NCBI RefSeq assembly: GCF_009914755.1
Contig: NC_060926.1
Origin: the human T2T-CHM13v2.0 reference genome, Homo sapiens
Length of the DNA stretch: 64,000 nucleotides
Strand: one strand, 5' to 3'
Shown: one piece after another, positions 48,495 to 63,960 of the stretch
How the letters are laid out: the number at the start of each line of letters is the position of its first letter
Position numbering within the stretch: the stretch's first letter is position 1
Translations under genes and position numbers: made by a program
Notes under the pieces: generated by a model
The model's database searches: none
Seen by the model: the letters and a program-made list of their open reading frames with translations, nothing else
What the model was told of the DNA's origin: nothing

Positions 48495-48820
48495 AAAATA
48501 AAGAAAGAAAGAAAGAGAGGAGAGAAAGGAAGGAAGGAAGGAAAAAGAAAGAAAGAGAAAGAAAGAACGAGAGAGTGGGGAGGGATGGAAGGAAGGAAGG
48601 GAAAAGAAAGAAAGAGAAAGAGAGAAAAAAGAAAAAAAGAAAGAAAGAGAAAGAAAGAAAAGAAAGAAAAAGAAAGAAAGAAAAAGAGAAAGAAAGGGAG
48701 GGAGGGAGGGAGGGAGGGAGAGAAGAAAGGAAGGAAGTCGGGAAGGAAAGAGAAAGAAGAAAGAGAGAGAGATAAAGAGAAAAGAGGGGTGGGCATGGGA
48801 GGGGAGGGGAAAGGAGGGGG
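48191..48820 (+). repeat. Monomeric Alu (48191-48335) followed by a ~480-bp GA/GAAA/GGAA polypurine tract
   Basis: Directly visible. Confidence 0.92.
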
Positions 48821-49199
48821 TTCTTTCCATCCATAGGCATGCCCTGATGGCTTGTGGCTGATGCTCCAGCGCTGGCCACATAGAGATTGATCTTGTCATT
48901 AAGAGGCATTTATTATGCAGCAGCTGGATGTACAGAAGGAAGTGGTATGGGTTTGAGGTCTGACTCTGAGCGACTTTGAATGTTTCATTTATCTTCTCCG
49001 AACCTCAGAGTTTACAACTATGAAAGAAGAGACCGTTAAAATTATTCTGTCTTCTCACAGGGATATTATGGGGATTAAATGTCATGATACATGGGAAGGC
49101 AGTCTAGACTCCAGGTGCTAGGCAAATGCAGGTTGGCAAATGGAGTAAAGGCCTCCTGCCTAGCTTGTTGAGAGCTTTCAAATGTGTTTCTAGTTCCCT

Positions 49200-49740
49200 G
49201 TGTAAGTAACTTGCCAAAATGTTAATCTGAATCAAATCATGAGGAAATAATCAGACAAATCCAGATTGTGGGACATTGTACAGAACAACTGGCCTGGACT
49301 CTTTAAAAATATCAGTGTCATAAGAGACAAGAGGGAGGGGGTCCTCAGAGACATACAACACAACAGCTGTTGTAGATTGATGGGAAAACAACTATGAACG
49401 ATGTTGAGGTGATTGATAAAGTTTGAATTTGGATTAAGTACAAAATAATATTGTAAAGAGGTTACATTTCTTGAGTATAATAATGGTGTTGTTATATAGG
49501 ACATTGTTCTTGTTTTTAAGTAATACTGCAGAAATATTTAGGGATGATTCACATGATTGAATCATTGATGTCCACAACTTACTTTCAAATGGCCCCACAA
49601 AAATAGAAATAATAATGCACATGTATATACACACGTGTGCACACGTGCACAAAATGCTAGAAATTGCTGCATCTAGATGGGGGTAGGCAAGTGCTTATTG
49701 TATTCCTTCTGAAGGTTTGACTTTTTTTTTCAATAAAAAA
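49200..49740 (+). mobile_element. L1MC-type 3' fragment
   Basis: AATCATGAGGAAATAATCAGACAAATCCAGATTGTGGGACATTGTACAGAACAACTGGCCTG motif. Confidence 0.6.
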
Positions 49741-50088
49741 GATAGGTAAGGGAATGCATTTTATTTAAATAAAACTAGTTTGAAACCACATGAGGACAAA
49801 AGTAATCCACTGTGTTTCAAGTCACTTTTATATTCTGATGGGAAAAAAGCAGACTGAATCTGGGAGGTGGAGGTTGCAGTCACTCCAGCCATGCACTCCA
49901 GCCTGGGCAACAGAACAAGACTTTGTCTCAAAAAAAAAAACCACAAAAAACAAACAAACAAACAAAAAACTGACTAAGTAAGGGATTTCGTAAAATATTT
50001 TTAAAAAAATAAAGAAAGGGAAACTTAATTTTTCATTGTAAAATTAAAGAGATTAAAGGAAATAATGTTAAGGGCACAAACATGGTGT

Positions 50089-50609
50089 TGTAGCGGAGGC
50101 AAAACTTTACCTCTAGCCTCTTAGGGTCACTGGCTGGGCCTGAGAATGAAGTTGACATCAACCAACAGGAGAAAAGCATGCAGATTTTTGCAAGTATGTG
50201 GGAACCCCCATAAGAAAATGAAGACCCAGAGAAGGGCAAGGGCTGAGTTTATATATGAGGTTGAACAAAGAAAGGCAATTGTGGAAAAATAGCTGAAGTA
50301 AATGGGGAGACTAAAGGAAGATAAGAGTTATTTTAATAAGGTCTGAACAGATTTCTCTTGGCCTGTCTCCACATCTCTGGTGATAACGTTCCTTCCTTCC
50401 TGCTATAGGGAGGGCATATTCTACAGAGGAATTTTGTTTCCTGCTTTCAGGAAGAAAAGGGGAGGTTAGAGTGCCCTTCTTGTACCTGAGGGTTTTTTTG
50501 TTTGTTTGTTTTGTTTTTTGTTTGTTTGTTTGTTTTTAGTGCCTTTAGCTCAAAATAATCTCGGTGCCAAAGTGGCATATTTTAGGGTGGCATGTTCTTC
50601 CACCTTTCA
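50089..50609 (-). mobile_element. ERV1 LTR (MER34-like)
   Basis: Reverse strand starts TGAAAGG...ATGCCACCCTAAAATATGCCACTTTGGCA...ATTATTTTGAGCTAAAGGCA; subfamily assigned from recall. Confidence 0.6.
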
Positions 50610-51448
50610 GTACCCAGGACAACATATCAAGTGCTCAATGAATGTTCATGAGTGAGTGTGTCTGTGTGTGGATCTATACATACTCACATGTACACAAGCT
50701 GACATTGGGCATCTTTTGAGCCTCCACCATAAGCCACGGGTGAGCCCTGATTTGCGTTCCAGCTTCATCTGACACCCAGGTTCCTGCTCCTTTTAACCCT
50801 TGTCGGCCACACAGCCCCTGCCTGTTTTTTCTCTAATATACAGCTATGTAGCATGTTGGAGAGCAATTCCTGCATGAGACTATTAGAACAATCAACTCTA
50901 CAGAATCTTTACAATTACAGAATAGTAAAACAAAGATTTTTTTTTTCTATGAATAATCTACTGGTTGCCTCCACGAGAAAAAAAATAATGCCCACTTCTA
51001 AATGCTTTTCCAGCTGTGTATACCCACAAGCCCACAAAGCTCCCTCATCTTAGGTACAGCATAGCACCGTAGAAACTGAAGCAAGATAGCTGTGTAAGGC
51101 AATACATGCATAACTAATCTTGAATTGTTGGATGGAATTGGAAAATGGAGCAGTTGAGCATACCAGCTATAAAAAGCAGTGAAACATAAACAAAAGCTAT
51201 GATTCCTGACTCTGTCACAAGTAGGCGTTGGCAGCTTTTTTTCCAGGGCAAGGAATTCTATTTCTAAGAGCAGCCTGATGCAGCCGAGTTTTTCCCCCTT
51301 TGTTTTGTAAAAAGGGAGTTTTGCAGAAGTTTCAACTTAGTCTTATGTTGAAAATGTTTTTTCTTCTCCTTAGTACTAAAAAGATGTTTCTGTGGAAAGA
51401 GAAAATTCTGGCCTTCTAGGGCTCCAGGGACCCTTTTAAGAGTATCCC

Positions 51449-51855
<407 letters not shown>

Positions 51856-51996
51856 TCACAGATGAGGACCTTGAGCTCTCATGATAAGTAAGAGTAAAAT
51901 GTGATGAAAGCTTATAATTCATCAGGTCTTTGATGCAGGCTGAGACCCCAAGTAATTGAATGTTGGGCCTAAGGGATTAGGGGTAGGTTATGATAG

Positions 51997-52524
51997 TGTT
52001 ACAGGAGAGGGGTCCGGATTCATACCCCAAGAGAAGGCCCTTGGATCTCACACAAGAAAGAATTCAGGGCAAGTCCATAAAATGAAAGCAAGTTTATTAG
52101 GAAAGTAAAGGAATAAAAGAATGGCCACTCCGTAAACAGAGCATGGTTATTTTTTTGGTTATTTCTTGATTATATGCGAAACAAAGGGTGGATTACTTAT
52201 GCTTCCCCTTTTTAGACCATAGAGGGTAACTTCTGACGTTGCCATGGCATTTGTAAACTGCCATGGTACTAATGGGAGTGTAGCAGTGAGGATGACCAGA
52301 GGTCATACGTTGCCATCTTGGTTTTGGTGGGTTTTGGCCGACTTCTTTACTGCAACCTGTTTTATCAGCAAGGTCTTTGTGACTTGTATCTTGTGCCAAC
52401 CTCCTATCTCATCCTATGACTTAGGATGCCTTAACCATCTGGGAATGCAGCCCAGTAGGTCTCAGCCTTATTTTACCCAGCCCCTATTCAAGATGGAGTT
52501 GCACTGATTCCAGTGCCTCTGACA
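51997..52524 (-). mobile_element. MER41A-like ERV1 solo LTR
   Basis: Reverse strand starts TGTCAGAGGC...CAACTCCATCTTGAATAGGGGCTGGGTAAAATAAGGCTGAGACCTACTGGGCTGCATTCCC; 4-bp TSD ATAG. Confidence 0.88.
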
Positions 52525-53296
52525 ATAGGGCTAGGATTTGAAGCAAGCTAGGGGCCCTCAGAGCCAAGGCCCTGATGAGCTATTCTCTCCATCTGTCCTC
52601 CCTTTTGCAGAAGGTGAAGTGACTGTCTGAGAGCCAAGAGGGTGCATGGATACCTCAATGTCCTCATTTCTCTGTCTTTTGGCTGGAGCCCATTCCTTGA
52701 AGTTTTATATTTCTGACACCGTCATTCGGGTTTGTGGTGTTTTTCCATGGGCTGGCTAATTAATCAGCCTTCTTGTGCCCATTGTTCTCATTTGTAAAAC
52801 AGGGACAATAATGGCTGTCTTGCTAGGTTTTTCCGGGGATTTGACTGAATAACATCTAGTAGACCCTCGATAAATAATAGCTTTATTTCCAATATAGGCA
52901 CAAGTTAGCTTCAGGGCAGCTATATTGGAACTGAACTCACAATAGCAGGTTGTTTTCCACTGCTAATAGGCTGGTAGCTTTCAACCTCATTTCCCTGAGA
53001 TGGGCTTTTTTGAATTATTTAGTAAAGGTATGATTATAATCTGTGTTCTGTTGCTTCTGGCTTCATCCCTAAAATGCAATTGAGAAAGATTTCTTACTCT
53101 CTAATCCGGTTTGGGGTTAGTTTAAGAAGCAGGGGCAGGAATGCTGGGTTTAAGTCGTATTAATTTCCTGGGCTTTTTTGAGTATAGTTTAGGAACTTTC
53201 AGCTCCTCACTTTTCCTACAACTAAGGCAAAGAAAAGAAGATTATGTCTATCTCACAGTTTAAAGGGATAAGTCTTATGATTATAAATTCACTCTA

Positions 53297-53683
<387 letters not shown>

Positions 53684-54020
53684 TTAGCTGTAGGATAGCT
53701 CAGAGGAAAGAAGACTCACTAATTCAGAATGTACGAGTACTAGCTAAAGTAAGCAGAGAAGAACACACTTCATCTTCTTAGACCACTGAGTCTTTTTACT
53801 GGTCCCTTACCCCTACCCTGAATAGTTACATTGACCTCTCTCACTGGAATAATTTCACTAAGAAAACAGAAGCTATTTTAACAAAGCCACAAATTTGCTT
53901 AGATTTACATGTAGATTTCTCCATATCTTCCTCAAACAACAAAAAAGCTCAGTGCTGGAAGAATGCTTCAAGATCTTGGAATTCTTTTATCCTATGCATG
54001 TGAAAATTAAGGCCAGAGAG

Positions 54021-54570
54021 GCTGGCTGTGGTGGCTCACGCCGACCTAGCACTTTGAGAGGCTGAGGCTGGTAGATCACTTGGAGCCAGAAGTTTGAAGC
54101 CAGCAAGGCCAACATAGTGAACCCTGTCTCTACTAAAAATACAAAAAAGTTGGCTGGGCGTGGTGGCACATGCCTGTAATCTCAGCTACTGGGGAGGCTG
54201 AGGCACAAGAATTGCTTGAATCCAGGAGGCGGAGGCTGCAGTGAGACGAGATCACACCATTACAGTCTAGCATGGTTGACAGAGCAAGACTCCATTTCAG
54301 AAAGAAAGAGAGACAGAAAGAAAAACAAGGAAGGAAGGAAGGAAGGGAGGGGAAAGAAAGAGAAAGAAAGAGAGAGAGAAAGAAGGAGGGAAGGAAGGAA
54401 GGAAGGAAAGGAGGGAGGAAGGAAGGAAGGAGAAAGAAAGAAAAAGAAAGAAAGAAAAAGAAAGAAAGAGAAAGAAAGAAAGAGAAAGAAAGAAAAGAAA
54501 AGAGAAAGAGGGAGGGAAGGGAGGGAAGGGAGGGAAGGGAGGCAAGGAAGGGGAAAGGGAAAGGGAAAGG
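54021..54570 (+). repeat. Alu whose tail has expanded into a ~270-bp GAAA/GGAA tract
   Basis: Alu plus tract enclosed by TSD AAATTAAGGCCAGAGAG (54004-54020 and 54571-54587). Confidence 0.92.
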
Positions 54571-55177
54571 AAATTAAGGCCAGAGAGAAAGTCACCTGCT
54601 CAGGGCACTTACTGGTGAGCTGGGACTAGACCCAGCCCAGCCTTGTGCTTTTTGTGCAACTCCCGCTCCCAGTTCCACCTCATCACTACATTGGCCTCTG
54701 CTAGTCCATATTTCCAGCCACAATTGACAGTGAGATGGTTGTTTCCAGTTCTTTGTGTTGAGTTAAACAGGACTTATGTCTACTATGTATAAATGTGACA
54801 TCCAAGCTATCAAAGAAAACCACATGAGCTTTTCAAGGCTATGTGTGGTTAAATTCTTAGCAATTTGAGAATATTAATGTTGCAGTAAGGATGTGTGTAT
54901 GTGTGTGTGTCCTCTGTGCCCCCTCAGCTCCCATACTGATGTCATTTATCACTTCCTTCTCTGTGACTTAACATTTGTTCATATTTTGCTTAGCTAACCA
55001 CCTACTCTTACTGACATGAATCAGAACCTCGTATGTGACATGGGATGACTCAGGATAGGACAAAGGTCGCTCTACTGTGGGTCCCATTCATTACCTAGAG
55101 CCCACCTGACCTCATGCCCAAGCTAATGAGGTCAGAGGCAGCAGTTTGCTGCCTCATTGAACTTCCTGTACATTTTC

Positions 55178-55494
55178 TTTTTTTTGTTGTTGTTTGTTTG
55201 CTTGTTTGTTTTGAGACGGAGTCTTGCTCTGTCCCCCAGGCTAAAGTGCAGTGGCGCAATCCGGTCTTACTGCAACCTCTGCCTCCTGGGTTCTAGAGGT
55301 TGTCCTGCCTCAGCCTCCCGGGTAGCTGGGATTACAGGTGCCCGCCACCACGTCCGGCTAATTTTTGTATTTTTAGTAGAGACGGTGTTTCGCCATGCTG
55401 GTCAGGCTAGTGTCGAACTCCTGACCTCAGGTGATCCACCCGCCTCAGCCTCCCAAAGTGTTGGGATTACAGGCGTGAGACACTGCGCCCGGCC
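55178..55494 (-). mobile_element. Alu
   Basis: Reverse Alu; TSD TCCTGTACATTTTC. Confidence 0.9.
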
Positions 55495-55537
55495 ATCCTG
55501 TACATTTTCAACCCTTGGCATCAGTAGCAGCATCCGA

Positions 55538-55551
55538 CCAGCAGGTGGCGC
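55538..55551 (+). promoter_or_regulatory. CTCF core motif
   Basis: CCAGCAGGTGGCGC matches consensus CCASYAGRKGGCRS, with CpGs retained locally. Confidence 0.65.
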
Positions 55552-56101
55552 AGCGAGTGCAAGAGCCAAAGCCATGGGAATTTTTGTATTTTCTAAAAAT
55601 CAGAGACAAGTGAGATGTTATATAAACACCTTTTAAAATATGTATAGAGGTTGCCAGATTTGTTTTTAATTAGTGTATTTGGAAAAACACAAATGCATTC
55701 TCATTTGTAGAAAATTTATATAACACAGTTAGAGTGAAATTTCCCCATCCCTACGTCCTTACCAAAAAGGAACTTTTATGTTTCTCTCTCTTTCCGGACT
55801 TTTTTCCATGCACTAAAAACGTATAATACTTCTAGGAATATAAACATTTTTTCCAAAAATGGATCATACTGTATTATTTTACAAATTATTTTTCCACTTA
55901 ATACATTTTAGACATCTGTGTGTATTTGTGTATGTGTACACATATTTATATTATTTCATTGTTTAAAAATTTCTGCCTAGGATTCTATTGAATGACTATT
56001 ACATGGTTTATTTAACAGTTTTTCTATTGAGACGTTAGCTGTTTTTCAGTTACCCGCTATTACAAACAATGGAATCCACGTCATTTATGTGTATTTCTCT
56101 A

Positions 56102-56491
<390 letters not shown>

Positions 56492-56846
56492 TCAGGGCAC
56501 TATGGTCTGGCTGTCAACTGTTCCAGAGGGAGGAAGCTGGTGACGTGGACACACAGCTATGTCCACTCACCTCCCAGCTGCAGTCAGCACAGTAGCTCAT
56601 TTGACTCAAAGTCAAAACCACCAGGGTCCCGACAATCCAGTGTCTGCTGAGGAGGAAAGTTCTTTATTTGTTATCAGATGGAGTGGTGTGACCACTGCAG
56701 GCAGCCAGTGAAAGGAAACAAGGATTGGAGTGAGCAGGCTGGAGGGATTCTGATTGGCAGTTGTGTTCACAGCTGTGCATTAGGGGCGGCGGTCTGTGGT
56801 GGAGTGGTTTTAGTTCCTCACGTATGATGTATTCCCTGATTTGCAG

Positions 56847-57001
56847 TTGGCCGCCCGATCCCTGTTCGTCAGACTCTGAACCCGACCCAGGAGCAGATTG
56901 AGGAGTTACATCAGACCTATATGGAGGAACTTAGGAAATTGTTTGAGGAACACAAAGGAAAGTATGGCATTCCAGAGCACGAGACTCTTGTTTTAAAATG
57001 A
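56847..57001 (+). CDS. MOGAT1: MOGAT1 exon 6 (last coding exon)
   Basis: Acceptor atttgcag; (V)[50 protein letters not shown] then TGA. The six exons sum to 1008 nt = 335 aa plus stop. Confidence 0.97.
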
Positions 57002-57018
57002 CTTGACTATAAAAAAAA

Positions 57019-57200
57019 ATTAAAAAATAAAAATAAATGACTTGGCTGTAATAAGGCATAAAGAAGGATAAGAGACCATCCTATTGTGAGAATAAATATT
57101 TTAAAGACGTTTATTTTTTTTCTTTTGCCTGTGGCATCAAATTTGCAACAGAAAAGTATTATTTATGGCGATGAATGTTGGTGTATCTGTGGTAAATAAA
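57019..57200 (+). terminator. Candidate polyadenylation signals of MOGAT1
   Basis: ATTAAA at 57019 and AATAAA at 57026, 57032, 57091 and 57195, all downstream of the stop codon. Confidence 0.6.
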
Positions 57201-57342
57201 AACACAGATGACTGTAGGATAAGGTTGGAGATGACTATAAGACATCTAATAATTTTCCTTGCCTATGAAGGCAAAATCATTTTACAGGTTATGAACAAGT
57301 TTAGAATTATTCATGTGCTCTGAAAAACAAAAGAAAGCTTCA

Positions 57343-57687
<345 letters not shown>

Positions 57688-58075
57688 TTACTAAACATCA
57701 CAATAACTTAAGGTGGTGTTTTCACAAAATGTGACAACTGTTGTTCACAGCCAGCCCATTTGGGAGACACTGTGTAAAATAGTTCGCCATATACAGCTAG
57801 AGGAAATATTTTTTTCTGCTTGAACAGGACATTTGTTAGTGAATAAAGATACTTTTAATACTTAGATAGTTTGAGCCTTTGGTCATATCAACAACAAATT
57901 TTTAAATACTAGTGCAGGATTTTTTGCCATTTTCAAAATGGGATGAATCTGTCATACGAAAACTCATGTGGACAGGAGAATGGTTCCTCATTTCTATTCA
58001 TGCTTAGAATCATGCTCCTTTGCTGTAGAGGGAAATCTATTTGGAAGACAGGCTTTTGCACATGATTCAGGACTA

Positions 58076-58541
<466 letters not shown>

Positions 58542-59825
58542 TTAGGACTCTTCTCTGACCCAGCATGAGCAGGGACCTTGTCCTTCCTGTTTACTGACAT
58601 CCCCTCAGTGCCCAGGTCAGCTTATGGCGCTTAGTAGGCAAAAAGTAAGTACTTGTTTGATGAATGCATTTATAGCTAAACATGCAAACAAACTTTTCCA
58701 TTAAGCAGAGAATTTTTAAAGCTGTACCATAGGATGAGACCTGTTTTAAGGTAAGACCCACTTGCAGAAGGAGAATATTTGCTGTGTCTGATTGCTCTGA
58801 ACCGGTAATCAACAATACCGTAAGCCAATTCACAGGGAGCAAGTCAGAAAGAGGTTTCTGATAATTAGTCACTAAGTGTTAAGTAACTAGTCATTCGACA
58901 AGAAGAATGTCTCGTTTCCAACCCATGTCCACTGCTAGATGTTTGCTTTTGTGCTTCCTCTTCTCCAGGTGTTCGTAGGCAACTTCAGGGAGCTGCCTCC
59001 CAACTTATTGGTAATATGTCTTCAGGCTTCCAATTTTTAAATATTCAGCTCTGGGCTAGAGGCTGGATTGGGGTTTAGTCACAGCAAAATACAGTCATGC
59101 TGGGTAATGCCTTAAGAAGGAGGGCATGTCACCTACAAAAAGCCTGAAACTTCTCAATTGCTCTACATGAAGTTTTTTGGGCCAGAATCCCTTTGGCTTC
59201 ACCCTAGTTGAGGAATCCAGGGGTCCACTGACCTGTGGGCTTGAAATTACTTCAATTTTGGTCAAAGCAGGACCTTTAACTTATTTTTTAAAACCCATGA
59301 GTTGTATCCCCTTGGAGAAGTTTGTTAAAAGCCCATGCCACGTCATCATTTGCAATTTCACAGAGGTATGCGTTTTAATCTCACAGCTAGTAGTGAGGAG
59401 GTGAAGCTGACCACCCAACATCCGCTGGGTTATCCAGCAGGCAGTTAAAGCCCGTGCTTGTAAATCGGAGGCATTAAAAAGTGAAAAAAGTTTGCTCGCA
59501 TGAAATTATCTAGAATTTTGCCATTAAAAAGTCTAGACATAAGCAACTTTAATTTTGGCATACATAAAATGTTATTTTTCAGTACACATGGCAGAGGGTA
59601 TGCAGGATGGGTTATCTCTTCACGTATTACAATCTCTAGAGGTCTTAATTTGGCCATGCTAGAAGTCTTTTTATGTATTCAAAGTATACCTGTAAGTTTC
59701 ATATAGTCCAGTCCTGTAGATCGCTAATGAATTTTTTCATATGAATTTTTGCTACCAGACAAATGTTGGCCATATTCACTAGTATGGCTTGATGGAGATA
59801 TCTTCCATTGTAAAGGTTCCCATCA

Positions 59826-60175
<350 letters not shown>

Positions 60176-63100
60176 TTAAACAGCAAAGCAAAACAATGAT
60201 AATGCAAATAACCGTAGAACACTGTAAGAGAAACATTTCCTTGGGAAAATGTGCATGTATGCTGTTTGATTTGGACATTTTTCCCTGTGTTTCCATTGCA
60301 CCCTGGGTGCAGCCTGAGTCATTGCTTTTGTCTTGCAGCTAGAAGCATATGAAATTGTTGATGACCAGCTACGTCTATCATGCTCACGATGAAGGTTGCA
60401 GCTTCAGTGCTTATGAAGGCCAGCCCAGTTTGATCTTTTCAAAGGGGAACAGTAAGTGATGCTAGATGTTTTGCTGCAAATCCCTTGCAACTACTATGAA
60501 AACATCAAAATGTGTATATGTTAGGGATGATGGGTGAACCTTTATTGTATGCGTAGGATTAAAAGTGACATCCCTGCTTTCGGTAGAATGTATGTTTCTA
60601 TCATGGGAAACATGGAGGTGGAATCTGGTTATCATGTCCACACATCTGTAACTTTACGTCTCTTTCAAACTACCTCACTGATGCAGGCTACTAAAGTTTG
60701 TGATAAATATGAAAACAGTTTTGGGGTGCATTAGCTCATATTCTTTTCCTCTGACGAGAGACACCATTGGCAAGATTTGTTGATTGGTTGCTTTGTCAAT
60801 AGCCCAAGATGGCTAGCTCTCATATTTGTGTTTTTTAACCTAAGTAGCCAAATGTCTATTTGTAGGGCTGGAGGAGTTACTTCAAGTAGAATTTGTATAT
60901 CTTTGTAAGGGAGAAAAACAGGGCGACTTCTAAAATAACCACCCAGTTGTTCTGTTTCTCTAGGATTGCAAACACAGAAGCAGTTATTTATATTTAAAAC
61001 AAAGAGATTTCTCTAGTACCTTATATTTTTTTGTTATAGTCAATCCTTCCCAAACACCTCCAGCTTAGTGCCTTACTATCTTATATCAAAAGGAGAAAGT
61101 TGATCTCAATCCATGTTAACCCATAGGATAATGAGTTCTTCAGTAGCAGAATCTGTGTCTTGTTTTCATTTCAATCCTGACCCCAACAGAGGAGGTCTCT
61201 AGTAGTCTCTTGGGGAATGTTTGTGGCACTAACCTGGAAATCTGGTGGATTGTGTCAAAGAAGCCAAGTTTTAGCACTAGAAGGGACTTCATCATCTGTC
61301 TAATTATTCCTTCTGCCGATGAAGCAGTTGAACCCTAGTGAAGTTTCATGCAGATTAAAAGTGACTCCATGTTCCTATTACTCTTCCCTAGATTGAGCAG
61401 GAGGTACTCCTAGTCCATGATTGCTGATTAATAAACCTAAAAATCCTCCTATAAAACAGAAGTGTCAAAAAAAAGTAGAGCGTAATTAAAAATCCACTTG
61501 AAGCAAGGGATTAAACAGTGCAGAATCAAGCTGTCTTATTGGCATTGAGAACATTTTTCTTTTTGGGGGCCGGTACACCACGTTGTTGATTTTTCCCTTT
61601 TGTAAGAGCTATTTTGGTGCTGTGTCTTGGGAAAAGTCCAAGTTTTCAACAACAAGTTTAGCCTCGAGAGCCTTGTGTATTGGAGCAGTGAATAAGGCAA
61701 GGTGTCATATGCCCATGACAACTGACAGACCCAGAAAAAAATCTTCCATCAGTCGTGTTGTGATCATTAGAGCAGGCCAGAGCAATCCTATTACTCAGAC
61801 AGAGGTGGAGGCCGAGCTTCTGTCACCTCATTGATGGTACTAAGCCCAGACTCAATTCTGGCTCCAGCCTCATTCAGCTGAGTTATCACAGCTGCTTTTT
61901 TTTTTTTTTTTTTAATAGCTCTTAGATTCTGGTTAAGAATCATCTTAGGCTCTCTTGAGAACAGACATGAACCTGATGTTGCTGGCGTTCCCCAAGCCTG
62001 CTTAATTCTCTCCTACTCCATTTCCAGACCAACTTGGAGCCTTAGATCTTTCTGGTTGGATTCCAGACCCTGCAATGTGGGTTTGCAGTGATGTGGGGAC
62101 AATCAGAGAACTAGAACCTGGTTGCCACATTTTTCTACTCTCCAGCCTTCTGTTTTAGATAGTCCTTCAGCCTCTGATCTTCTAGTAATTGGCTAGGTAA
62201 CCTGGACTCTGTTCTTTCCTAGGTAAATAGAGTTGGGAGTGAATGATCCTCCAGGTCATTTCTGCCTGTATCTTATGGTCTCTGCCTGGCCTTTTATCTG
62301 TCAAGGCAATAACATCTAATTGGAGGTGTAGGTTTACCTGATAACTCTGCCTTTTCCTCCGCCTTTGTCACTTATTTCTGTTCCTCCAAGAAATGCAGTG
62401 AGCTGAAATGATTATCTCACTTTCTTGGTGTATGTATGTGTGTATATGTGCATATACACATACATGCACACACATGCACACGTTTTATATATATATAAAA
62501 CAAATTATATAAATATATATATATATGAAACAAATTGCTACTGGAATTTCTCTAGGATCACAATAATATTTAGTCATGTGTTTCTGAGAAAAAATTTAAT
62601 TCCCTAAATAAAAATAGGTGGAATTTATCTCAGAAGTTTCCTCCTTTCTATCATTCAAAACTATGGAATAACACTGTTTATTACTTGTTAAAATCTTTAT
62701 AGGAGACTGTGAAATTTGTATATTTTCTATATGGGATTCGTTGTGGTATGTTTTTTAAAAGCTTTCCATTTGTAAAAGTTTTGACCAATAAATGTGTTTT
62801 TATGCCTGAGTGATAATGTATGAGTGTGGCTTTCAACCTGGATAGAATGTTTTTCATCTCCCACACTTTGGCGAGGCTGAATTAATTTAGACTTGAGGAT
62901 GAATATCGGCGAGGAAACTGGTGTGAAACTGTGAGAATTGCAAATTGTCAGAGTGAGGAGTCAGTACTTTAAATTCTCTTGATGGAATATAAAATACAGC
63001 AGAAAGCGGGGGCGGGGTTAACTGACAACTGCAGGTGGACAGGAATGAAAGAAGAACTGGGGCTGGCAGGAGGAAACGAGTCCGCCAACTGCCGTGGTCT

Positions 63101-63423
63101 CATGTGCCTGGAGAAACAAAGAGGCTCCTCGGATTCAGAAATATTCAAAAACTAGTAGAAAAGATTGCAAATTACAAATCAAGTCAATCACTGCTAATGG
63201 GCATGGGGTTTCTTTTGGGGTGATGAAAAATGTTCTAAAATTAATCATGGTCATGGTTGCACAATGCTGCGAATATACTACCCCCCTGAAATTCTCCTTT
63301 TTAAGTGGGTAAATTTGATGGTATGTGAATTATATCTCAATAAAGCTGTGGTATAAAATCTAGTCAGTCAGACACTAGCCAAAACAATGGAAGAAGGTAA
63401 AAGTGAAATTCCTTTCTGGGTCA

Positions 63424-63960
<537 letters not shown>

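Noticed and set aside
48130-48909. Longest ORFs in the track (259, 181 and 159 aa; F/L/S-rich or K/E/R-rich)
   Set aside because: They are translations of the polypurine tract and the adjacent Alu; stop codons are absent because of base composition.
54216-54629. K/E/R-rich and F/L/S-rich ORFs
   Set aside because: Translations of the Alu-tail microsatellite.
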